A stretch of DNA of 64,000 nt from a virus. The stretch lies in the IMG/VR virus record IMGVR_UViG_3300017589_000061, positions 1-64,000 of that record. The stretch is one strand, 5' to 3'. Made by a program: the position numbers and the translations under genes. How positions within the stretch are numbered: position 1 is the stretch's first letter; each line of letters opens with the position of its first letter. Positions 20,371 to 29,263 of this stretch are shown piece after piece. Under the pieces are notes generated by a model that searched no databases, was not told the DNA's origin, and was given only the letters and a program-made list of their open reading frames with translations.

Positions 20371-21789
20371 CTACTTTTTAGCCCGTGTTTTTTGAGTTTC
20401 TTTATCTCTCTGCTTTGTAGTTTCTTCTGACGGATTATCCGTTTCAGGTCTACCAACTTCGCCACTTTGTGTATACGATGTTTGTAATGGTATTAATAAA
20501 TCTAATAAACCACTATCGTTTTCATATGTAATTAAACTTATTATTTCGAATTGTCTTAAATTTGATGATGCTACCAAGTAAGGTATTTTTGCACTTCCTA
20601 AAGTTGCAGATTCTTTTAAGTAACCGACAACTTCTTTTTGATTATATATAGTAATCCCTAAATCTTTCATGAAGAATTTTATTTTAGACAAAGCTCGTAA
20701 TCTTATATTATAGTGTTTTTCAAATTCCCCAATTAAGGTTGTGATTAAACTTTCGTCATTTTTAATTGATTCAGTTAAACCAATGGAAGTTGTCCCACTA
20801 TTGAATAGAAGTTGGCTTGTACCCATTGAAGAATACATATTATCTTTAGCACTAGCTATTATGTCACGTTGTTTATCACCTTTGTTCGATAAATCCACAC
20901 TTTCTACGGTAGCAGGAGTTGTCAAAACATCTATTAATTGGTCGCTACCTAACATGTTTTTAGCATTAGTATGTAATTGTTGTGCCTCTTCATCTACTAT
21001 TACTGGTTCATTAGTATTTTTATCTAAAGGAATTTTTTGCACAAGTATTTTATAAATATCTAGTTTACTTCTTGTTTTATCAATTTCTTTATATTCTTGT
21101 AAGTTAACAATTTCAGGAAATGCACTAACGAATAATGGTGTTTTGTCTGGTGTCAAAAAATGACAACGAGTAAAGTTAATATCTAATTGTCTCCAATGTT
21201 TATCTATGGATGTTTCGGATAATGCACCAGCTTTATATTGATTATATAAAGTTAAGAATTCTTCTGGTAATCTTTCAAACATTAATAATTTCTCTTTAGC
21301 ATTTCTTATACTGTCAAAATATCTAAAATCAAACTCTATCGCATGTAATCCGTTTTCGTCAAATAGAGAACGACAATATTGTGATGGTAATTCTTGTAAA
21401 ACAGTTATATCATCAAAAACTCTTTCGTATCCATAAAATACACCGTTTAGTAAAACACTAAATGTAATATATGTGTTTGATTCCTCTACATCATAATTCA
21501 TCAGATAATTAGTTACATCTTCATATGCCTTTTCTACTTTTGCTTTTTTACTTGTAATTAAGGGGGCATATATATATCTAAAAGTATGAATATTAGACAT
21601 ACTATGAATTAATCTTCTATATTCACCAGAGGTTAAATAGAAATAATTACTCATTTCTATAAGTTTTTTATTTTCTCTGTTTTTTAAGGCATTTTCAATT
21701 TCTGTTTGTGTGTATTTTGAGTTGATTTTTACAAGTGCATCAAAATCTACAGCTAAAATATTTCCGTTTATTTTTGCATATTTAAACAA
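20371..21789 (-). CDS. Portal protein (YonE-like)
   Basis: After terminase; LPSQYCR, ILVQKIP and PLQTSYTQSG...GRP motifs. Confidence 0.82.
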   Translation of the reverse strand: MFKYAKINGNILAVDFDALVKINSKYTQTEIENALKNRENKKLIEMSNYFYLTSGEYRRLIHSMSNIHTFRYIYAPLITSKKAKVEKAYEDVTNYLMNYDVEESNTYITFSVLLNGVFYGYERVFDDITVLQELPSQYCRSLFDENGLHAIEFDFRYFDSIRNAKEKLLMFERLPEEFLTLYNQYKAGALSETSIDKHWRQLDINFTRCHFLTPDKTPLFVSAFPEIVNLQEYKEIDKTRSKLDIYKILVQKIPLDKNTNEPVIVDEEAQQLHTNAKNMLGSDQLIDVLTTPATVESVDLSNKGDKQRDIIASAKDNMYSSMGTSQLLFNSGTTSIGLTESIKNDESLITTLIGEFEKHYNIRLRALSKIKFFMKDLGITIYNQKEVVGYLKESATLGSAKIPYLVASSNLRQFEIISLITYENDSGLLDLLIPLQTSYTQSGEVGRPETDNPSEETTKQRDKETQKTRAKK

Positions 21790-21813
21790 TTAACCCCCTC
21801 CTTTCATTTTAAT

Positions 21814-23924
21814 TTAATTGTAAAACATTAAGCTTGACCATGAGGATTTCTTTTTCTGCATTTTATTGAGTTTTCTTTCAAACTCTGTGGATATAATGTA
21901 CGATGCGTATGCAGTCGCCATGTAACGATCTTTAAAGCCATTGCTTGGTTCTATAAGCTTAACTTGCCCACCTTCTTTATCAATTCTAGTTAAATTAACC
22001 ATTTCATTAGTTAATGCACTTGCTTGATAATATTGTTCTAAGATTGACATTTGATTATCTGGTGTCATTTCATAAAATCCTTTTATTCCAGAAACCATAT
22101 CCTTTGCATCATTTTCACTTATTAAAAATGATATCCTATTTAACGTCAATACGTTTAGCATATCATAATGTATATCCGAATTAAGTTGAGCAGAACCATG
22201 TATTGCATATATTACAGGTTTGGCATTAGGGTAAGTACATCTTTCAGCTAGTTTTTCATCATTAATACAAGTCCACGGAACATTATATTCGACACCATTC
22301 GACAAGTCTATCAACGGACGTGAAAGTTCGTCAAAAATTGCCTGACCTAAGCCTTGGCAGTCAAGCACGAGATAATCAGCATTAAATTCTTCAAACATTC
22401 TTTTTATTTCTAACGCCTGTTCGTCAACCCTTCCACCAATTATTGATTTCATATATGGTACTTCACGCATATAGTATTTAGTAACATTGTCCCCAATAGT
22501 TTTTTGTCTTGGTATAGCTCTCATAATTCCTAGTATAGTATGGTCATTATTGTCCCCTGACGACATGGCGATATCTGCAAATAAAAATCTAATCTCATTT
22601 TCTTCGCTATTTTTATTATTAGATTTAATTTTATCCATGTTTATATATTTTTTATTGCCAATCATCTCTAAGACATCTTTTGTATAAAATGGTTTCTTCA
22701 ATTTTCTACATTGTTCCAATAATTCATATTTAAAAAATGCCGAAGAATCTTGACCAACCCACCTACCTTCAGCTTCCATTTTCCAGCTTATAGGATTGAA
22801 TGTATTTTCCGACATCTGATTTAAGATTTGTTTTAATGATTTTATTCCATATTTAACAGAAATTTGATAAGGTAAATCAACTAAAAAATAACTTTTACCC
22901 TTTTTCATTTGTTCGAAATAATCTTTAAATTTCTCAAACGACCAGTGATGACAATAATAGGTTGAAGATGCATAGATTTCTTTATTTTCTGTCATCGGAT
23001 AATCTTTCCACTCTGGTAAATCATAGAATTTTGGTCTACGTCTATCTGAAGCAAATTGACGTAATACAGAATTTATTACCTCTAATTTTATAGTTCGATG
23101 TTCGTCTAAAATTAATACATGACAACGAGCCACTATGTTATCGTATAGTTTTTTATCTATACTTCTAATTCATTACAAATTAGGTCAGCATATCTTTTTA
23201 CGTACATATATTACATTACAACGTAGAACGGTCTCTTGGTGTATTATTTCAACACTATGCGTTGCTCCTGACTGTGTTTAAAAACACATCATTATATTAC
23301 TATAACTTAGTAACCATAATTAGGTTACGCCTTCGGCTCTGATTATCTGCGTATAATACGCTTTACGACTTCCCAGCTTAATACCATTCTAATAATCTTA
23401 GGATTTCTGTAATGTGTTTATCCTAAGACGGCACTCATTTTACCTCTCGCATTGTCATTAGCTACTGCTATTTTAAAGGAACTACCACCAATCCAAGCAA
23501 CTCTTGCATCATTTATTGAATCACTTAAATATGAAATTGAACGTCTTAAACATTCACTATCATCATAAAAAGCTTTTATATATCCGATAACTTCCATGCA
23601 CATTCTTTTTTGCCCAGCACTAATTACGATTTTACTACCACAGTAAAGTTCTGCCCAGCAAATGACAAAAACTGCAAGCATCCAGCTTTTGGAAAGCCCA
23701 CGGGCGGCAAGAAACATATTGTAATCATTATGAAACATTTGATATAATATTATTTTTTGGAACGGTTTTAATTTAATTCCTAGAAAATCTTCAGCAAAAA
23801 TAAATGGATAACATCTATAAAATGAAGTCCATTCAGAAACATGGTCTAAAAAATCATCAGATACATCTAATTTATTAACATCCGAAGAAAATATATTTAT
23901 TGGTTTGTTACTATTCCTAGCCAC
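21814..23924 (-). CDS. terL: Terminase large subunit, spliced from exons 23442-23924 and 21814-23130 (599 aa)
   Basis: Walker A-like AARGLSKS; splicing restores NARG-ARCHVLILDE; RNase H-like FADIA and KDRYMA motifs. Confidence 0.9.
23131..23441 (-). ncRNA. Group I intron (311 nt, no internal ORF) in terL
   Basis: 5' splice after U, terminal G. P1 (GAGAGGU/GCCgUCUU), P10 (AUGAGU/GCUCGU), P/Q-like AAGCUGGGAA and AAUCAGAGC, P7 GCAUA/UAUGC within AAGAUAUGCUG. Confidence 0.88.
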
Positions 23925-24876
23925 TTATATCATCCTCTTCTTCATTTTGTTGCGAAGATAAATCAGGCGTATATTTACTTAAATCTTTGTATAGAGAATC
24001 GGTAAATTGAGTTTTTTGACCGTTTACATCTAATAAATATCCATAGAAATATAACTGTAATAATTCTTTAATTTCATCTTTATTACCTAAATCTCTTTCC
24101 CAATCAAATACTGGTCGAGTTGTTTCTATTTTTTTTATAAATAAATCATATGCACCTTTATTAGAGTTATCTTCTTTTTTTTGAATTGCTTTAATATTTA
24201 AATCTGAAGATAATTTAGAAATCATATCAACAACTTTAGATAAGTCTGCAACCTTATCACCATTACCTATCATGTTTCTTTTCATAAGTTCAAGTTCACA
24301 TAAAGTTTTATAATCTGATTGTTTTTTATAATCTATTGAATCTTCATCTTCGACTTCCATAAAATTGTCATACATTTCTTGCAATTCAAAATAATCTTCT
24401 GTTTTTTTACCATGTCCCCAAAAACTTTTCATATAATCTGTTACTTCTTTATTTTCATTTTCTTTAGTTTTAACTTTACTATTCAAGACTTTTTCCTGTT
24501 CTATTTGAATATCAATTGTATCGGAATACCTACAATCTTTATATTTTGGCTTTAAGTTAATCAAAGATATATATTTACCCAAAAATGTTGCATTAGTTGT
24601 TTCTGGATTGTTTTTAACTTCCATAAAAACAGATTCAATTAATGGTTTATCTAGTTTTCTCAATGCATCTTTAATACTTTCCATTGTTACTGTATTTAAG
24701 TTTTGATCTATTGTTGATTTTCGTAAACAAGTTTTGCAAGTAGTGCAATATCCATCGTATTGATTATACTCATCTCTAGTAGATTTATAAAAATTACTTA
24801 ATGCTTTCGACTTATCACTACATCCATTACTACATATTATTGTTTTTGATAGCTTTTTATTTTTACTACTCGCCAT
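23917..24876 (-). CDS. Putative terminase small subunit (YonG-like)
   Basis: Overlaps the terL start; N-terminal Cys cluster (C..C...FY...CKTC), FWG motif. Confidence 0.6.
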   Translation of the reverse strand: MASSKNKKLSKTIICSNGCSDKSKALSNFYKSTRDEYNQYDGYCTTCKTCLRKSTIDQNLNTVTMESIKDALRKLDKPLIESVFMEVKNNPETTNATFLGKYISLINLKPKYKDCRYSDTIDIQIEQEKVLNSKVKTKENENKEVTDYMKSFWGHGKKTEDYFELQEMYDNFMEVEDEDSIDYKKQSDYKTLCELELMKRNMIGNGDKVADLSKVVDMISKLSSDLNIKAIQKKEDNSNKGAYDLFIKKIETTRPVFDWERDLGNKDEIKELLQLYFYGYLLDVNGQKTQFTDSLYKDLSKYTPDLSSQQNEEEDDISG

Positions 24877-24907
24877 ATACTCACCACTCTTCTAATTTCT
24901 TTTTAAT

Positions 24908-25147
24908 TTATTCGTCTCGTTTTAAATCGTTATAAAATTCTTTAGCATATTCTAAATCAATCAAAAAATCGCCTTCGATTAAAAATGCAAAAACTGTTCT
25001 TTTATCACAAGGCAAATTAGTAATATCACATATAAATTCCCTATGCCTTTTAATATTAACAATCCGATAACCCTTGCCAACTAAAAAAGATGCTATTTTA
25101 TAATCTCTAATAACACGAACACTTTCATCTTTTATCTTCTCTTCCAT
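24908..25147 (-). CDS. DUF5659-like small protein
   Basis: IASFLVGKGYRIVNIK...TVFAF pattern. Confidence 0.55.
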   Translation of the reverse strand: MEEKIKDESVRVIRDYKIASFLVGKGYRIVNIKRHREFICDITNLPCDKRTVFAFLIEGDFLIDLEYAKEFYNDLKRDE

Positions 25148-25171
25148 ATCTATTCTCTTTTTAATTTATTT

Positions 25172-26074
25172 TTAATTGCTTTTAAACTTAAAAACATATC
25201 CTTTTGTTTGCATTCTTTCACCCTTACAAACTCTTGATATGTATTTATAACTAATACTCGTCATTTTTTCTGCTTCTCTTGCAGATTCATATTCGGCAAT
25301 GAAATTATTATTTAAATCATATTGTAAAACAGGTTTTTTCATTGGTCTTTTTCTTCCACTTATGTCGTCAAAAACAATACCTTCTGTTAAATAGCACCAT
25401 GTTCTATGATGTCTTATATCGTCTATAGTATTAAAATTAACATTATAATCTCTTGCTATGTCAACATTAAACTCATTATTTTGCAGTCTTATAATTATTT
25501 CTTTAACATCAAATTCTGTTAGCAATGAATTGTTTCCTAACTTTCTCTTTTTAAATTTCATATCTTTTGTAATATCTGTATATTGTTCTTTAAAATATAT
25601 TTGATAGATACTTCTTTCATTAACTTTTACAATGTCTGATATTTTAGGAATTGATATGTTTGTATTAATTAAATAATTAGTTATTTCATAAAATTGTTCA
25701 TACGATATTTTATATTTACCTAATATTAATTCTTCTTCTGTAGCTGGTTTAATAATATAACATATAGCATTATTACTCATATTATATCCATAAATATTTA
25801 TATATGAGAGATAATAATCCATCCAATATTGCTCACGTTTAAATAATTCTTTTTTATTACAATCGTTTACTTCTAATATATAAAACTTAAAATTATTTTC
25901 GCCGTACTTATTCCAAGCCCTTTGCAATAAAATGCTATGATGCATATTTTTGTTTAATGATCTTTTATGTTGATTCCATCTACTATGAATGTTATTAGAA
26001 GAACCTATGTATTTTTTACCATTTACTAAATTTTCAATGCAATAAATACCTTGTATTTTATTAATTTTTATCAC
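25172..26074 (-). CDS. GIY-YIG homing endonuclease with C-terminal NUMOD1
   Basis: GIYCIENLVNGKKYIGSS...R...H; KPVLQYDL...YESAREA. Confidence 0.9.
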   Translation of the reverse strand: MIKINKIQGIYCIENLVNGKKYIGSSNNIHSRWNQHKRSLNKNMHHSILLQRAWNKYGENNFKFYILEVNDCNKKELFKREQYWMDYYLSYINIYGYNMSNNAICYIIKPATEEELILGKYKISYEQFYEITNYLINTNISIPKISDIVKVNERSIYQIYFKEQYTDITKDMKFKKRKLGNNSLLTEFDVKEIIIRLQNNEFNVDIARDYNVNFNTIDDIRHHRTWCYLTEGIVFDDISGRKRPMKKPVLQYDLNNNFIAEYESAREAEKMTSISYKYISRVCKGERMQTKGYVFKFKSN

Positions 26075-26094
26075 TCCAATTTATTTTTTTTAAT

Positions 26095-26124
26095 AAAAAG
26101 GAGTTAGATAAACAATCTAACCCT
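26095..26124 (-). terminator. Rho-independent terminator
   Basis: GGGTTAGAT-tgttt-ATCTAACTC-CTTTTT. Confidence 0.65.
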
Positions 26125-26163
26125 AAACGCAAAATCGAAGCACAGTCGAAAGCGTATTTTAAT

Positions 26164-27351
26164 TTAATTTTTAAAATTTATATCATAACTACAAACTATA
26201 CCATTTGTATCACAAATACAAACTAACTGTTGTGGTTGTCCCACTATCCTTTTCTGTACACAATAAGAATCTGTACTTTGAAAACTACCAGCCATAATAA
26301 GTTTGATATTTTGAATATAATCTGATTTATTTCTATGTTTATGCCCCAAACAGACCGCATACACTGGTTCACTTACCATTGACACTAAAGATAATATTTT
26401 ATAATTACTATCATCGTAGTCGCCATGCGTATTTAAATAATTTTTACCACGAATATTAAGCAAATACATAGTTGTGTCTAATTTATCATTATTAATAACG
26501 ACATTATTAACATTCTGTAATCTTGCTTCTATATACCATTGAATTAAATCGTCCAATCTTTCATCTTTCAAAGCATCATCTTTTTTTTCTAATCTACTAT
26601 GATTACCAGCAACACTTGAAAAGATTACTTTATCAAAATGTTGACTTAATTCAAATAAAAAATTAGATATAAGTTCGGAAACCCCTTTAATTTGTTGAAT
26701 TACATTTTCTTTATTTTCAATAGAAATTGCCTTGTGCGAAAATCCACTTACGAGGTCACCGTTGGCACAAACATAACAATTTTGTGAATTATGTGTTTTT
26801 TTTATTTGAATAATTCTATCTAAATAATCCTCGAACATATCTCTACAAATATCAGAATTATATGTACACCATGAATTTTCAATGTTTATTCCGTAGTGGA
26901 TATCGTTTAAACTCACCATTAAATCATTGTTTGTTGGTTTATGTTCTTTATATGTATAGTTTAATTGTGGTAAATTACTATCATTAATTACATTTATAAG
27001 AATATCATTTAATTCTTCTTGCCTAGCTCGTTCTCTAACTAATTTATTAAAAGCAGTTCGTTGATCTTGAAACTTTATCTTTTCTTTCTGAAGTTCGATT
27101 TTCTTTTGTTCAATTTCTTTTATCAAATCATCTTCAGTAAAGTTTTTAAAATATTCTTTATCTATTTTTTCTAAATATTTTTTCATAAAATAAAAATTCT
27201 TACGAAAATTTTCTGAAGAATATTCTTCATCAATTAAAGCTATTCCCCACTCAATATAATCTATATCAAGCGTTTTATCGTCTTTGCCTTGAGTTATCCT
27301 CTTAGTATAAGCAATAAAATCTTCCCCTTCTAATCTTTTAATATCATTCAT
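26164..27351 (-). CDS. Calcineurin-like metallophosphoesterase (YonJ-like)
   Basis: DIHYG, GDLVSG, GNHSR, THGD and GHKH motifs. Confidence 0.85.
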   Translation of the reverse strand: MNDIKRLEGEDFIAYTKRITQGKDDKTLDIDYIEWGIALIDEEYSSENFRKNFYFMKKYLEKIDKEYFKNFTEDDLIKEIEQKKIELQKEKIKFQDQRTAFNKLVRERARQEELNDILINVINDSNLPQLNYTYKEHKPTNNDLMVSLNDIHYGINIENSWCTYNSDICRDMFEDYLDRIIQIKKTHNSQNCYVCANGDLVSGFSHKAISIENKENVIQQIKGVSELISNFLFELSQHFDKVIFSSVAGNHSRLEKKDDALKDERLDDLIQWYIEARLQNVNNVVINNDKLDTTMYLLNIRGKNYLNTHGDYDDSNYKILSLVSMVSEPVYAVCLGHKHRNKSDYIQNIKLIMAGSFQSTDSYCVQKRIVGQPQQLVCICDTNGIVCSYDINFKN

Positions 27352-27391
27352 CTAATCCCTCTTTTATCATCTTTTCTTTTATTTTTAGACA

Positions 27392-27600
27392 CAATGAATA
27401 GACCTGCAAAAAGCAAGCCTACCCATCAAATCCCGTTCCCATCCCAAAGAACGCTGTCAGCCCCATACAGAAGTGCCTAAGCACTTCCAAGGAGGAATTA
27501 TGAAAAAATTTATCGGTCTTTAGAAACTTCTGTATAGGGCTGAAGTTGTTAAGCAGAAAGCGATACCTTGCGAATACCGCAATCAGAGTCCTTTTCTACT
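27392..27600 (-). ncRNA. Multi-hairpin RNA exposing an anti-SD/anti-start-codon sequence
   Basis: 18-bp stem 27457-74/27526-43 (G-U pair only on the minus strand) around UUUCAUAAUUCCUCCUU, with flanking hairpins. Confidence 0.55.
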
Positions 27601-27649
27601 CGTGGTAGATAGGTTATTATAAATTTGTTTACCTAATAAAATACACTTT

Positions 27650-27910
27650 TTAATAGTCTATATCGCAGTTTTCACAGTCGCCATCGCAAATATCTTGATC
27701 TGTACAATAAGTTTCTATATATTCATCTTCACCCAATACTACAATTTGTTCTTCGCAATCCACAGGATATCCAAAGTTATTTAAGAATGCTTTGTAAGAA
27801 TTGTGTAAAAATTCTACTTCAGTCATATCTTGAAAATCATTATGAACTTCTTTATTAATATTAAATTTTTCACCATACTCATTTGTATAGTTGATTTCAA
27901 TTTTTCTCAT
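27650..27910 (-). CDS. Hypothetical protein with C-terminal Cys cluster
   Basis: CDGDCENC motif; GAGG RBS. Confidence 0.6.
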   Translation of the reverse strand: MRKIEINYTNEYGEKFNINKEVHNDFQDMTEVEFLHNSYKAFLNNFGYPVDCEEQIVVLGEDEYIETYCTDQDICDGDCENCDIDY

Positions 27911-27950
27911 TCTTCTATCCTCTTTTTAATTTATTTTTAAAATCTGTGTT

Positions 27951-28103
27951 TTATTGTTCTACTTCAGAAAATTCTTTACATTCATTTATTGTAATAGTTA
28001 CACCCAAATCTTTTTTAGCTTCTTCATGGAATGGCTGTAACTTATCATTAATCTTACACACTAATAAATGATTGCAATTCTCACATATATTATTTTTAAT
28101 CAT
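27951..28103 (-). CDS. Small Cys-containing protein, 50 aa (not in ORF track)
   Basis: MIKNNICENCNHLLVCK... directly after the HU-like gene. Confidence 0.55.
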   Translation of the reverse strand: MIKNNICENCNHLLVCKINDKLQPFHEEAKKDLGVTITINECKEFSEVEQ

Positions 28104-28105
28104 AA

Positions 28106-28378
28106 TTATTCACCTATAACATCTGCTAAAAAACTATCTGCAACTTTTACGGAAATTCTCTTTCCTGCTGGTTTTACCCAAGCTTTGCCGTTAATAACAC
28201 CGCTTGAAGGATTAGTATCTTTAACTTCCATCACTAAAGTTTTATAAATATTAACCTTACCGTCAGAAATTAATCCTGTTTTAATTCCTTCAAATACAGT
28301 ATCAACCCACTTTTCAGCTTCTAATTGGCTAATTTCTTGTTCAATTCCTATTTGTTTTATAAGTTCATGCTTTGTCAT
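28106..28378 (-). CDS. HU/IHF-like DNA-binding protein
   Basis: MTKHELIKQI...AEKWVDTVFEGIK..L..GKVNI; 90 aa. Confidence 0.8.
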   Translation of the reverse strand: MTKHELIKQIGIEQEISQLEAEKWVDTVFEGIKTGLISDGKVNIYKTLVMEVKDTNPSSGVINGKAWVKPAGKRISVKVADSFLADVIGE

Positions 28379-28513
28379 CTTTTATTACCTCTCTTATTCT
28401 CTTTTTTAATTTAATTTTATTTTTCTTCGGATAATACGCATATATTTACTATCCATATAGCTATAATCAAGCATAGCAAATAAACGTTGATATTTAAACA
28501 TTATTTTAATGTT

Positions 28514-29263
28514 CTATTTGTCGAGAATTTTTGATTTATATTTATTTTGTTGATAATTTCTATCTATTTCTTTATGCTTTTCATTAGCACATTCATCACA
28601 ATATTTCATTTTATTTCCTGATTTCTTAACTGGCTTTCCACACCCTTCACATTTAATATAATCTTCGCCCAAATAAGCTAAATATTGAAATCCTAAATCT
28701 CTAAAATCATCTACTTTTAAAACTACTTCGCTTTCATTATCAATAAAAGTTACACATAAATTAACATTATCAATTTTATGACTATATTTAACTAATCCTA
28801 AATTTTTAATATCATTTATCGATAAACATTGTTTATTGGAATTATCTCTTATATCTGCTAATTTAAAAATATCTTTAATTTCTCTATTTACCCAATTATT
28901 ATTCTTCTCATGAACCATATTATTAAATTTAGCAAGACATAATATTGTAAATGATATTTTTTCTAATCTTCTATTTTTAATTTGTTTTATAGTTTCTAAT
29001 TCTTTTTCTGTAATTGGGACTGCATCAATTTCGATTAATTCCTTATTTCGTTTTTCAATTATCTTATCTAAACTTTCTTGCCAATCAAGAACATCTTCCT
29101 TTTGCTTAACAAGAAAGTTTTCTAACTCTTTATATATATTGCCTTTTTTATATCCCAATTGAGTGTAATATCTAGCCAATAATGTAAGTGTATAGTAAAT
29201 ATTTTCAACTGGTTTACCACTTATAATTGCTTCTATATATTCTTTTTCGTTTAGTATTATCAA
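28514..29263 (-). CDS. Protein coupled to the RNA polymerase gene, C-terminal Zn ribbon
   Basis: 4-nt overlap with the RNAP gene; CEGCG...KYCDEC. Confidence 0.6.
   Translation of the reverse strand: MIILNEKEYIEAIISGKPVENIYYTLTLLARYYTQLGYKKGNIYKELENFLVKQKEDVLDWQESLDKIIEKRNKELIEIDAVPITEKELETIKQIKNRRLEKISFTILCLAKFNNMVHEKNNNWVNREIKDIFKLADIRDNSNKQCLSINDIKNLGLVKYSHKIDNVNLCVTFIDNESEVVLKVDDFRDLGFQYLAYLGEDYIKCEGCGKPVKKSGNKMKYCDECANEKHKEIDRNYQQNKYKSKILDK

Noticed and set aside
23131-23441. Terminase as two separate genes or a pseudogene
   Set aside because: A group I intron with exact frame restoration explains it better.
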